DNA of 63,530 bases, filler included, from Octopus bimaculoides (lineage: Eukaryota), in assembly GCF_001194135.2 (NCBI RefSeq). It is 9 parts of 8 records of this genome, joined end to end, with 100 filler letters (N's around TTAATTAATTAA, not from the genome) between each part and the next. Parts side by side here need not be neighbours in the genome. Positions count along the whole stretch, not along the records: positions 33,250 to 44,334 come from NC_068985.1; positions 44,435 to 49,914 come from NC_068991.1; positions 50,015 to 55,934 come from NC_068996.1; 6 more parts are not named here. The stretch is one strand, 5' to 3'. Each line of letters opens with the position of its first letter. Position 1 is the first letter of the stretch. A program made the translations under genes and the position numbers. The notes beneath the pieces were generated by a model. It was not told the DNA's origin. It did not search any database and was given only the letters and a program-made list of their open reading frames with translations. Shown piece by piece: positions 39,456 through 51,600 of the stretch.

Positions 39456-41015
39456 CGTAAACGATGAGTACTTATTCTTATAATGTCTATTGTTGATAAA
39501 TTCTTGACTCTACAAAGACTATGTTCTTATGGCAAGGAAACCACAAAATTGAAGTCTAACATAATACTTTACATCTGATTATCATTATTGCATGTTATCA
39601 CTTATATCAAGGAAGGTGTCGTAGATTTACTTTGAAATATTGACAGTGACCTCGAAGTTTCGGCCTACTAAGCCATCATCGAACTGGCTGAAACTTCGAA
39701 GTCATTATTCTGTTATTCTGAAGTCATTATTCGAAGTTATTATTCTGTTTTTGTTACAGAATAATAAATTTGTACTCTATCAATTTCGTATAAAACCGGT
39801 TTTTATTATAACACAAACGCAAACATTAATACACGCACACACACATACACACACACACACGCACGCACATATATATAATCATACATATATATACACATTC
39901 ATATATACACACACACATATTAACGTTTGTTTTATGTTATAATAAACAGTTCTACATTAAATTGAAAGACTACTCAATACATCTGGTAGAGTACACACAC
40001 TTACAAACATACACACACATACACACACACAAACACACATGCACACACACACAATACCACACACATGCATATGGGAGCAACAAGAAATTCAATTTTTTTT
40101 ACATCAAGCATATTCTTTATACTTAAGCAGACATATTGAAAATGGCTAACAAATATCCCTTGTGTATACTGATAATTTAAACGTTATAGGGTTAACAGTA
40201 CTTAGGCGCCAAAATATATAGGAAAGCAAATTACAAATGACTTGCGGTCTATCCTGGTGTAAATTTGTCTCTCGTACGTTTAATACTACAGAAACCAGAA
40301 TCAAGTAACGGTTTAATTAGAATCTTATTTTTTGTAAAGGGTTGCAGATTTGATTTGGAACTTAAAACAACACAAAACCTGAAAGGATTGTTCCTTCCTC
40401 GTACGAAAATTCGAGAATATAGAAAAATATATTTTAAACGGGATGAAAATAATTTGAAATCAAATCGCCAGCAAATGTCTTCCTCTTCACATCTGAGAGT
40501 AATGAAAGGAAATACTTCCGGACATAGAAATAATATAAATACTAATTACAAATTAAGAACTCATTAAACTGACTTGGTATCAATAATTTTCAGTGCGGTT
40601 CCGGTTGTAGCTTGTTCTACTTCACCTACGTTAATTAATGACCTTGAGAAAGGCATGAACATCACTTAACAACATCTCTAGGTCTTTTCAAATGGTGGTG
40701 GACCTCGCTCGTTCGAAGGTTAAGATACAAGCGTTCGATCAATTGAGTTACCTGCTCCTGAATTAGAGTCTAAGTCGCTGAGTGTCCTACAGACCCGCGT
40801 GCACTTAACATAATTCTCAGGCAGATCTAGCATGGCAATGTATGAAACAAAGCTGTACCCCTTGAATTGGAGGTACGGTCTATAGACACGCTTGTATACA
40901 GTTTCACTCACAATATATGGGGCAACTCGAAGCTATAGAAAAAGACATCTGCCTAATATGTCACGCAATGAAAACAAACCCGGCATCTTGTGCGTGTGAA
41001 GGAAAAATTGTTATC

Positions 41016-41225
41016 CATTCGGCCATAATACGTCTACATTCAGCCATAATACGTCGACATTCAGTCATAATACGTCTACATTCGGCCATAATACGTCTAC
41101 ATTCAGTCATAATACGTCTACATTCAGTCATAAAATGTCTAGATTCAGCCATAATACGTCTACATTCAGCCATAATACGTCTACATTCAGTCATAATACG
41201 TCTACATTCGGCCATAATACGTCTA
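41016..41225. repeat. Minisatellite, 10 x 21 bp (consensus cattcagccataatacgtcta)
   Basis: Ten contiguous units counted, with few substitutions and no spacers. Confidence 0.95.
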
Positions 41226-42077
41226 CATTGCAGTAGTATCTGGAGCATTGGTTCTCAACCGGTGTCCTTATAAGATTTTGTGGGGTCCACACAAACAAAA
41301 TAGAAAATTGGGGATCCATAATAGCATTTTAAATGTCCAGGAAAGAATCTTGCTTGTTATGTATCTATTGCGAGAAACAGCTGGGTTTCTTTCTGTGTGT
41401 TTTACATTGTTCGGCCTACAAAAGTTAATGTATGAATAACAAAATAGGATTTTTCTTCTACTCCAGGCACAAGGCCCGAAACTTTTGGGGAGGGGGCTAG
41501 TCGATTAGATCGACCCCAGCACGCAACTAGTACTTAGATTATCGATCTCGAAAGGGTGAAGGCAAAGTCGACCTCGGCGGAACAAAATAGAATTTTAAAC
41601 GAAATATCAATAAATTAGGTTTTTAAACAGCGAATGGCTATGTGGGTCTCCCAGAATAAAGTAGTAATCAAAAATGGCCCATGGATAATGGTTGAAAAAT
41701 ACTGATCTAAAGTCTATAATGAGTGCAGAATAGCATGATGGCAGTTTCCAACACACGACCCACACAAAATCCTCCTCCGGTGTATCAAAAGCGGGGTCAT
41801 TCAACTGACTGGTATAAAGATTCTTACCAGTCACTGCAACCCGCGACCCACAGACATGTTGTCTTCTGTCTTTGCATTTCCGACCTCTACTATTGTGGCC
41901 CATGCTTCTCAGAACTGGCTGATCCCCCCTCCTCCACGTCATCTCTATTCAAGCGGTCTTGACTTACTTGCGTCTCCTCTTCCGCTCACCCGTATTGCGC
42001 CTGGCTCCTCGGTCCTACAGTAATAATCACTAAAGCCATTACTTCTTCTCTATAAGATCATTATTATCCTTAGTGTC

Positions 42078-42102
42078 GTCATCATCAACAACACCATCAT
42101 CG

Positions 42103-42154
<52 letters not shown>

Positions 42155-42177
42155 AATCACCACCACCACCATCACCG

Positions 42178-42216
<39 letters not shown>

Positions 42217-42225
42217 CCACCACCA
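42078..42225. repeat. (CAT)n/(CAC)n microsatellite
   Basis: Directly visible. Confidence 0.95.
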
Positions 42226-42866
42226 AAGTTTTCAAAAAGTCTTCATCGTTCTCGATACACTCAAGGAGATAAAAGTTTTCATTGTTCTCGACACAATGAA
42301 GGAGAACTTGTGCAACTGAAGTCCAAATGTCTTTTTGGTCAGCTGAAAGCAGTTTTGGCACAAACTTGGTAGGCATATGTCTCATACCCAAATCTTCAGT
42401 GATAATGGACTGAACTGAACCAACCGTAACTAATCTGCACATCATCCTCTGATAACTCACGGATGGTGATGCGACGATTTCCCTTCACAGCTGCACGCAC
42501 ATCTGCGATGTTTTTTCTCAGTTCTGCTGGTCGTAGGTCTCTCAGAACGTTCGTTACTATCGACATTTTTCGGCCATCTTGGAAATGTCTGAACAACTCG
42601 TACACTTTTGTGCCGCTCATCCACTCCTCTCCATACCCTTTCTGCTACTTTGCATAGACCTCTGAGCATGGTCAATGCGACGATTACACGCTACACACCT
42701 TCGTTCCAAGCACTGTTGCAAGCAGCGGAAGTGAGGTAGAACATTAAAACTTAGTGCGCATGTACAGCAGTGTTTATGGTCAATCTTTGTCAAGCGGCTT
42801 CACTTTGTGTGCTTTAGCTTCGTTACTATGGCAACAGTTTCTGATACTTATTGAACAGATCTCGTA
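42226..42866 (-). mobile_element. 5' half of a mariner (irritans-like), truncated at a (CAT)n tract
   Basis: The minus-strand TIR tacgagatctgttcaataagtatcag starts at ~42866. Peptides RRITIRELSED and GSVQSIITEDLGMRHMPTKFVPKLLSADQK. Confidence 0.85.
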
Positions 42867-43130
42867 TAATCTTCACCGTTTCTTCGAAAGAACATTAGTG
42901 CAGCATGTAATAAATCAGTTCCTATTTAGCTTTTGTGTATTTTTTTGTTTTTTATTGATGCAGAAACTTGACAAAATGAAATATAACGTGTTACATATAT
43001 TTATTAATACCATAATTAAAATATTAATATAAATACAAAATGAGATACACATCAAGATTAAAACACAGATGCTGGATTCAGATATAAAATCATACACTAG
43101 TATTTACTAGTCTTTCTTTCTTTCTTTCTT

Positions 43131-43166
<36 letters not shown>

Positions 43167-44434
43167 GCCTTTTCTATAATCAGATCCTTGTTTCTAAACA
43201 CACAAACCCATATACCAAACCAGATATTGTCTTATCGTATACTGATCAAGATTATATACAATCATTAAAATTCGATGTGAGACTGCATACCACACACTCA
43301 CACACACACACACACACAAATATTTATATATATATATATGTATATATTGCTATGATAAGATGCACTTGACGCACAACAATTAAGCCACACAGGTTTCGCC
43401 TCTGATGCTAAACACGTTAAACTCCCACCATCGCTTGTACGCACAGGATATCCATATCAGAGCGTTACGCCCTTGTTTTTTCCTCTTCTGTTATACATAC
43501 CACCTATTAGGGTTTCAGCTATGGGTTAATTACCGTTTGAAAAACTATGGATTAAAGACCCCCTAGTTCTCGTTAGAGTTCCTTCTATGAGAAGGTAAAC
43601 ACGCACGCACGCATGCACAAAAAAAATTCTGATGTCTAGCTGGCTTCTGATCGTCTCAATCTCTATATCTTTGTCCTTCACCACCGCTTGACACACCGCT
43701 TGGTGTGTGTACGTGCTCGTAACATAGCGGTACAGTAAAAAAGAACGATAGAATAAGGGCCAGGCTTAAAAAATAAATACTGGGGTCGTTTCATTCAACT
43801 AAAAATTCAAGGTGGTGCCCCAGCATGGCCACAGACTGAAACAAGTAAAGGATAAGCAATAAAAGATATTACAGGGAAGATTACGTTGAGATTTTGTCTT
43901 TGGAGTCCAGCAAAAAGTCCATTGACATAGTATGAGCTATTCTTTTCAGGCACAAGGCCCGAAATTTTTTGGGAAGGGGCCAGTCGATTAGATCGACGCC
44001 AGTACGTAACTGGTACCTAATTTATCGACCCCGAAAGGATAAAAGGCAAAAGTCAACCTCGATGGAATTTGAACTCAGAACGTAAAGGCAGACGAAATAC
44101 CGCTAAGCATTTCGCCCGGCGTGCTTACGCTTCTTATTTCTTTACTGCCCACAAGGGGCTACACACAGAGGGGGCAAACAAGGACAGACAAACGGATTAA
44201 GTCGATTATATCGACCCCAGTGCGTAACTGGTACTTATTTAATCGACACCGAAAGGATGACAGGCAAAGTCGACCTCTAAATACCACTAAGCATTTCGCC
44301 CGGCGCGCTAACGTTTCTGCCAGCTCAACACCTTNNNNNNNNNNNNNNNNNNNNNNNNNNNNNNNNNNNNNNNNNNNNTTAATTAATTAANNNNNNNNNN
44401 NNNNNNNNNNNNNNNNNNNNNNNNNNNNNNNNNN

Positions 44435-44475
<41 letters not shown>

Positions 44476-44640
44476 CATACATACATACATACATACATAC
44501 ATACATTATATATAAACGTTCATACGCACACACATATATGTATGTATGTGTGTATGTATGTGTGTATGTATGTGTGTATGTATGTGTGTATGTATGTATG
44601 TGTGTATGTATGTATGTATGTATGTATATGTGTCTGTGTA

Positions 44641-44864
44641 CACGAGGGGGTGTTGAAACGTTCCTGGTTTTGGGTAAAAGAAAATACAAGAGGATCTGTT
44701 AATGACAATTTTATTCAACATATTCCCCTCTCAGATTCACACACCTATTGTAGGGGCCCTTCAGTTTTTTTTCAAGCCCTGTTAAAGAACTCGAAAGGTC
44801 GGGCCTCCTGCCTGGCCTTTCGCGAAACCTTTGAATCCAGGAACATTTTTTGCACTCCTTCGTA
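44641..44864 (-). mobile_element. Mariner-derived MITE / internal deletion derivative
   Basis: TIRs cacgagggggtgttgaaacgttcctgg and ccaggaacattttttgcactccttcgta, with TA on both sides. It retains a transposase C-terminal remnant (LEKKLKGPYNRCVNLRGEYVE). Confidence 0.75.
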
Positions 44865-44902
44865 TATACATACATACATGCATATATACATACATACATA
44901 TG

Positions 44903-45505
44903 TATAGTAGTAGTAGACCTCCGTCGGTCATGGCTGACCATGGACGATGTCATCCGTCCGTTGAGTTGTCTATTTAGTTTTTGCAACGCCTCCTGGGGCT
45001 GTAGAGACCGATGCGAGAGTGGCAGTCTCGTTTGCAGAGGTCACACCTATACGTTGAATCCGGTCTGTTGGCTGTCATTTCTTTTCTGCGGGCTCGGTTT
45101 TCAGCTGCCGCCACCCTCAAATTCTCTTCGCCGGTTTGCAGTTGTTTGTGAAGGGTGCCTCTCCAGCTGGTTCGGTCGGCTGCGAGATTCTCCCAGGAAT
45201 TGGTGTTGATGCTAAGTACCTTCATATCCCTCCTGCACACGTCCCTGCACCTCAGCTTCGGGCGGCTAATGTTTCTCTACCCTGAGACAAGCTCTCCAAA
45301 AAGGACATCCTTTGGGATCCGACCATCCTCCATACAGCGAACGTGGCCAAGCCAGCGCAGCCGACGTTGTCTTAGCAAGGTGAGCATGGTGGGGAGGCCA
45401 GCACGAGACAGAACGCCTGTATTGGTTACTTTGTCTTGCCAGGAGATGCCGAGTATGCGTCGGAGGCTTCTGGGGTGGAAGGTGTTGAGTCGTTTCTCCT
45501 GGCAA
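44903..45505 (-). mobile_element. 3' end of an RTE-clade (BovB-like) LINE
   Basis: Minus peptides include RIPKDVLFGELVSG..RPKLRCRDVCRRDMKVLSINTNSWENLAADRTSWR and CDLCKRDCHSRIGLYS. There is a (CTA)n-like tail at ~44903-44917. Confidence 0.85.
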
Positions 45506-45639
45506 GAGAAGGTTATGTTTTAGCAATCAAAGAAAATGAGATTGCTTCAAAAACCAGTTAGGTAATAGAGATTGTGGAACGGTTTTTAGTGCCATGTAAT
45601 CGACCAAAAATGGCGATGAAGTAACATTTCTGTGTCATA

Positions 45640-46406
45640 TACGAGGATGTACCNNNNNNNNNNNNNNNNNNNNNNNNNNNNNNNNNNNNNNNNNNNNNNN
45701 NNNNNNNNNNNNNNNNNNNNNNNNNNNNNNNNNNNNNNNNNNNNNNNNNNNNNNNNNNNNNNNNNNNNNNNNNNNNNNNNNNNNNNNNNNNNNNNNNNNN
45801 NNNNNNNNNNNNNNNNNNNNNNNNNNNNNNNNNNNNNNNNNNNNNNNNNNNNNNNNNNNNNNNNNNNNNNNNNNNNNNNNNNNNNNNNNNNNNNNNNNNN
45901 NNNNNNNNNNNNNNNNNNNNNNNNNNNNNNNNNNNNNNNNNNNNNNNNNNNNNNNNNNNNNNNNNNNNNNNNNNNNNNNNNNNNNNNNNNNNNNNNNNNN
46001 NNNNNNNNNNNNNNNNNNNNNNNNNNNNNNNNNNNNNNNNNNNNNNNNNNNNNNNNNNNNNNNNNNNNNNNNNNNNNNNNNNNNNNNNNNNNNNNNNNNN
46101 NNNNNNNNNNNNNNNNNNNNNNNNNNNNNNNNNNNNNNNNNNNNNNNNNNNNNNNNNNNNNNNNNNNNGAATGAAAAACATCCATAAAGGAAAATGTAGA
46201 CGCGGTAAAGAAGAAAAAAAAACAAACAAAGGAGGCGTTAAAAGGTATTACCTCGCAAGAGTTCCAGGACTGCTTCGAACAGTGGAAAACGCGTCTGGGC
46301 CGATGCGTCGCTTCGAATGGAGAATACTTTGCAGGCGATAAAATTGTAAACATGTAAGCTAAAATTGTATTGCAAACTTCCGATTTCTCTTGGGTACCCC
46401 TTCTTA
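45640..46406 (+). mobile_element. Mariner element spanning an assembly gap
   Basis: Left end TA|tacgaggatgtacc lies before the gap. After the gap the C-terminus reads ..ITSQEFQDCFEQWKTRLGRCVASNGEYFAGD and ends in ggtaccccttctta, an imperfect inverse of the left end. Confidence 0.7.
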
Positions 46407-46695
46407 ATACTTATGAAACATGTAAAGCTAAAATTGTATTGCAAACTTCCGATTTGTCTTGGGTACCCCTTCTTAATACTTATGAAACATGTAAAGCTAA
46501 AATTGTATTGCNNNNNNNNNNGATTTCTCTTGGGTACCCCTTCTTAATACTTATGAAACATGTAAAGCTAAAATTGTATTGCAAACTTCCGATTTGTCTT
46601 GGGTACCCCTTCTTAATACTTATGAAACATGTAAAGCTAAAATTGTATTGCAAACTTCCGATTTCTCTTGGGTACCCTTTCTTAATACTTATGAA
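46352..46695. repeat. Tandem array, ~5 x 69 bp, built from a mariner 3' end plus flank
   Basis: Unit tgtaaagctaaaattgtattgcaaacttccgattt(c/g)tcttgggtaccccttcttaatacttatgaaaca recurs at 46421, 46490, 46561 and 46630. There is a 10-N gap at 46512-46521. Confidence 0.9.
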
Positions 46696-47340
46696 ATAAA
46701 CAACTGCTCTACAGTATCAACAAATTATTATTTGTGATGAAGTATGATGGTGCAAAATTAGCATATGATGACGTCACTCTGCCACGTTGAGTGCACACAT
46801 GTTTTAACTCAAAAAATCGAGGTGATGTAAGCATTTGGCTCTTATTGACGATATTACAACATAGAAACACCTTAGTGACCGGAAACATTATAAAACAGCC
46901 TTTTATTTGTAAACAAGAAGGAGAAAATCCGTAAACTGAGAAGCACAAAGGAACTCTCATAATACTTAGAGGACTGACGTACTCAACAGGATGTGATTTA
47001 AACAAAGTTTGCTCTTAATAGACGAATATATACAAATGCGAAAACGCCCACACAAAAAACACACATACAGTTTACTCTTTTAACGTACTCCAGCATGGTC
47101 ACACTCTAATAATTAAAACCAGGAGAAGTATATATATATATGTATATATGTTCTTTTACTCTTTTACATTGACTGTGGCCATGCTAGAACACCGCCTGTA
47201 GTCGAACAAATCAACCCCAGGACTTATTCTTTGTAAGCCTGGTACTTATCCTATTGGTTTTTTTTGTCGAAATTCTAAGTTACGGGGACGTAAACACACC
47301 AATATAGGTTGTCAAGTGATGGTGGGGGGACAAACACAAC

Positions 47341-47384
<44 letters not shown>

Positions 47385-50208
47385 TATTTATATATANNNN
47401 NNNNNNNNNNNNNNNNNNNNNNNNNNNNNNNNNNNNNNNNNNNNNNNNNNNNNNNNNNNNNNNNNNNNNNNNNNNNNNNNNNNNNNNNNNNNNNNNNNNN
47501 NNNNNNNNNNNNNNNNNNNNNNNNNNNNNNNNNNNNNNNNNNNNNNNNNNNNNNNNNNNNNNNNNNNNNNNNNNNNNNNNNNNNNNNNNNNNNNNNNNNN
47601 NNNNNNNNNNNNNNNNNNNNNNNNNNNNNNNNNNNNNNNNNNNNNNNNNNNNNNNNNNNNNNNNNNNNNNNNNNNNNNNNNNNNNNNNNNNNNNNNNNNN
47701 NNNNNNNNNNNNNNNNNNNNNNNNNNNNNNNNNNNNNNNNNNNNNNNNNNNNNNNNNNNNNNNNNNNNNNNNNNNNNNNNNNNNNNNNNNNNNNNNNNNN
47801 NNNNNNNNNNNNNNNNNNNNNNNNNNNNNNNNNNNNNNNNNNNNNNNNNNNNNNNNNNNNNNNNNNNNNNNNNNNNNNNNNNNNNNNNNNNNNNNNNNNN
47901 NNNNNNNNNNNNNNNNNNNNNNNNNNNNNNNNNNNNNNNNNNNNNNNNNNNNNNNNNNNNNNNNNNNNNNNNNNNNNNNNNNNNNNNNNNNNNNNNNNNN
48001 NNNNNNNNNNNNNNNNNNNNNNNNNNNNNNNNNNNNNNNNNNNNNNNNNNNNNNNNNNNNNNNNNNNNNNNNNNNNNNNNNNNNNNNNNNNNNNNNNNNN
48101 NNNNNNNNNNNNNNNNNNNNNNNNNNNNNNNNNNNNNNNNNNNNNNNNNNNNNNNNNNNNNNNNNNNNNNNNNNNNNNNNNNNNNNNNNNNNNNNNNNNN
48201 NNNNTATATATATATATATATATATATATCTAATATGAATTAGATATAAAGTCAATTGGATATGTAGACAATTAAATATATAGTCAATTAGATGCATAAA
48301 AATCAATTGTTTATTGTCAAGTTGCTGTTAATATATCGATTCCAGCAAGACGAAACGGAAAGTCGATCCCCAACAGGACCTGAACTCAGGAAAGGAAGGA
48401 AACTCATTTTGTTTACCACAAGAGCTTTCAACCATTTTTTATCCATAGACCCCCTTGTTTACTATTTTATTCTGATGCACTCCCATAGCCATTTTCTGTT
48501 CATAAACTAGTTTTATAGAAGGTTCTTTCAAAATTCCTATCTTCTTTGTACACACATTAAGTTGTGTAGTTTGAACGATATAACATGTTAGAGAAAAAAA
48601 ACCTGGCTGTTTCTTGTTATACATATCAATACATAAATCAAAAGCGAAATTCTTTCAGAGGCCCTTAAAATGCTATTGTGGATCGTCAATTTACTATTTC
48701 GTAAAGTGGACCCTACAAAAATTATATATGGCCCATTAGGGGCCATGTAGACTCTGGTTGAGAACTGCTGCTCTAGCATATAAATTCAAGTCTAAAAATG
48801 TATTCCATCCACCACACAAACATATTAAATGTTATCCCTTTTAACATTAGGCACAAGGTCAGAAATTTTGGGGGAGAGGGTCCAGTCGATTAGATCGACC
48901 CCAGAATTCAACTGGTACATAATTTATCGACCCCGAAAGGATAAAAAGGGCAAAGTCGACCTCGGTGGAATTTGAACTCAGAACGTAAAGACATACGAAA
49001 TAGCGCCAAGCATTTCGTCCGGCGTGCTAACGTTTCTACCAGCTCGTCGCCTTAATATTCGTTTCTACTTTAGGCACAAGGTCCGAAATTTTGGGGGAGG
49101 GGTCCAGTCGATTAGATCAACCACAGTAGGCAAATGGTACTTAATTTATCGACCCCAGTAGGCAAATGGTACTTAATTTATCGACCCCCAAAGGATAAAA
49201 AGGGCAAAGTCGACCTCGGTGGAATTTGAACTCAGAACGTAAAAACATACGAAATACCGCCAAGCATTTCGCCCGGCGTGCTAACGTTTCTTCCAGCTCG
49301 CCGCCTTAATATATTAAATGTTATTATAAACTGTATTTTCTCCATCAGTGTAGTAATGCTAAAACTATATACTGAAACAACGTCACAATCGCCCCTCTAG
49401 TATATTAAAAACTATTCTATACTCTAGTTTACTTGCTTCTCTATGATATAAAAGCTATTCATAACAACATTTGTTAACAGTTTTGTTCTTTTAGCAATGA
49501 ATATCATCGTTATTCTTATTTTTATGTTCTTGCTGTCGCTCTTGTTGTTGTTGTTGGTGGTGGTGGTGGTAGTGGTGGTGGTGATAATGCAGATGACGTT
49601 GGGGTAGTGACGGTCGTTTTGGCTTTAATTGCAATTTGCTAAAACCAGCAATTAACGGAGAGTTTTGTCCGTTTATTTCTGATGCTCTTCGCTATTTATT
49701 TATTTATTTCATGAAAAATTATCTCTATATGACTCCACGGAGTTCCTATTAAGTTATATTGTCAAATTTCGTGTGGAAATCATGAAACCAGTTTATGGCG
49801 GAATACAAATCATTCCGACACGCTCATATACACACACGGACACACAGACACCGACCCCCCCCCCACAATACCCCGTCCCCCACACAAACATATGCGAATG
49901 CGTGTGTCGGTGTANNNNNNNNNNNNNNNNNNNNNNNNNNNNNNNNNNNNNNNNNNNNTTAATTAATTAANNNNNNNNNNNNNNNNNNNNNNNNNNNNNN
50001 NNNNNNNNNNNNNNTTATGATATTAGAATTTTTCTTTTTTTAAATAAAATTTCATTCAACGTATTTCTCTGTTATTTATGACATTTATACATTCCTTTTC
50101 GTTTTCTAGTGTACCACACTATATATTCTACATGTTTTATAAAATGATACATTAGGAGCTTTTTTATGAGTGCTACCAAATTACTTGAATCCATATATTG
50201 TGACTTAA

Positions 50209-50301
<93 letters not shown>

Positions 50302-50576
50302 CGTATTTGTGTTTGAATGTATATATGTATGTATATGCTTGTGTCTGTGTGTGTATGTGTATGTATGCATGCGTGTCTGTGTGTATACATATATTTTTAC
50401 TGTTAGGTCTAAGTATTCTTTATTTAAATCTGGATATATCCATTTTTACAATCATTTAAAAATTAATCTTACTCTATTTATGGGAGGAGCCCCTGGTTTT
50501 CATCCCTTATGAAGGTGTTTGCTTTCTCATTGGTATTGCTTTTTCCTATACATACATACATACATACATACATACA

Positions 50577-50627
<51 letters not shown>

Positions 50628-50774
50628 NNNNNNNNNNNNNNNNNNNNNNNNNNNNNNNNNNNNNNNNNNNNNNNNNNNNNNNNNAAGCATATGTAGGCAT
50701 AGGAATCATAAAACGTGTACAGCATAGAAGTACGAAGCACGAGTACATGGAACATGAGCTATTTTTTCGAACAA

Positions 50775-51600
50775 CGAAAGACACAAATGGAAAATAAAAC
50801 AAACAACATAAAAAACGACACTTCATCAATTATTGGCTGATTTTCTAGTCTCGTATTTCGAGCATTTAACAACAATATACACTTTCGATAAAACAGTTGC
50901 TCTCGCAAAGCAAATTAAATAAAATTCGGCATTTTGCAGAGGGTTAAAATAAGCAACACAAACAGGACAGTGAAAAAATAAATAAATAAATAAATAAATA
51001 AAACAGGAAGGGCTACTAAGCTTAAACGAGGTTGTGGTGGTGAACGCGTAAATCAAGCTAGGACAGGAGACAAACAAAAACACATCATCCTTGTTCCAGT
51101 TACAACGGAGAGAAAGAAAGAAACATGGTCGATGGTTACGTAGAAGCCACGTGAGCAAGGGAGGAGGGGTGAGTGAGAGAGTGTGACAGAGTAATAGGAT
51201 AGAATAGTGGGAGAAGAGAAGGTAAAAGAATAAGAGAGTGAAAAAGAGAGAAAAAGGAAAGGGAAAACAGATAGTATAGAGTGCGCATCAGAATTATTAA
51301 GATTCGATCAAGGGAAGACACAAATGGAAAACAAAACGAACAACATAAAGAACGACCCTTTATCAGTTGTTGGCTCTATTACTAGTCTCGTATTTCGAGC
51401 ATTTAACAACAATATGCCCTTTCCGCAAACCAAATAAAATAAAATTCAGGATTTTGTGGAGGGTCAAAATAGGTAATACAAACAGGAAGGGCTGCTAAGC
51501 CTAAACGAGGTTGTGGTGGCGAACGCGTAAATCTAGCTAGGACAGGAGACAAACAAAAACACGTCTTTCATGTCCCAACTACAACGGAGAGAAAGAAAGA
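50775..51600. repeat. Two diverged direct copies of a ~300-bp repeat (50775-51120 and 51312-51600)
   Basis: Shared blocks include gacacaaatggaaaa, ctagtctcgtatttcgagcatttaacaacaata, aacgaggttgtggtgg and gctaggacaggagacaaacaaaaacac. Confidence 0.85.

Noticed and set aside
2133-46695. Short tandem arrays (14, 21 and 69 bp) as possible CRISPR arrays
   Set aside because: The units are contiguous with no unique spacers, there are no cas genes, and the context is eukaryotic.
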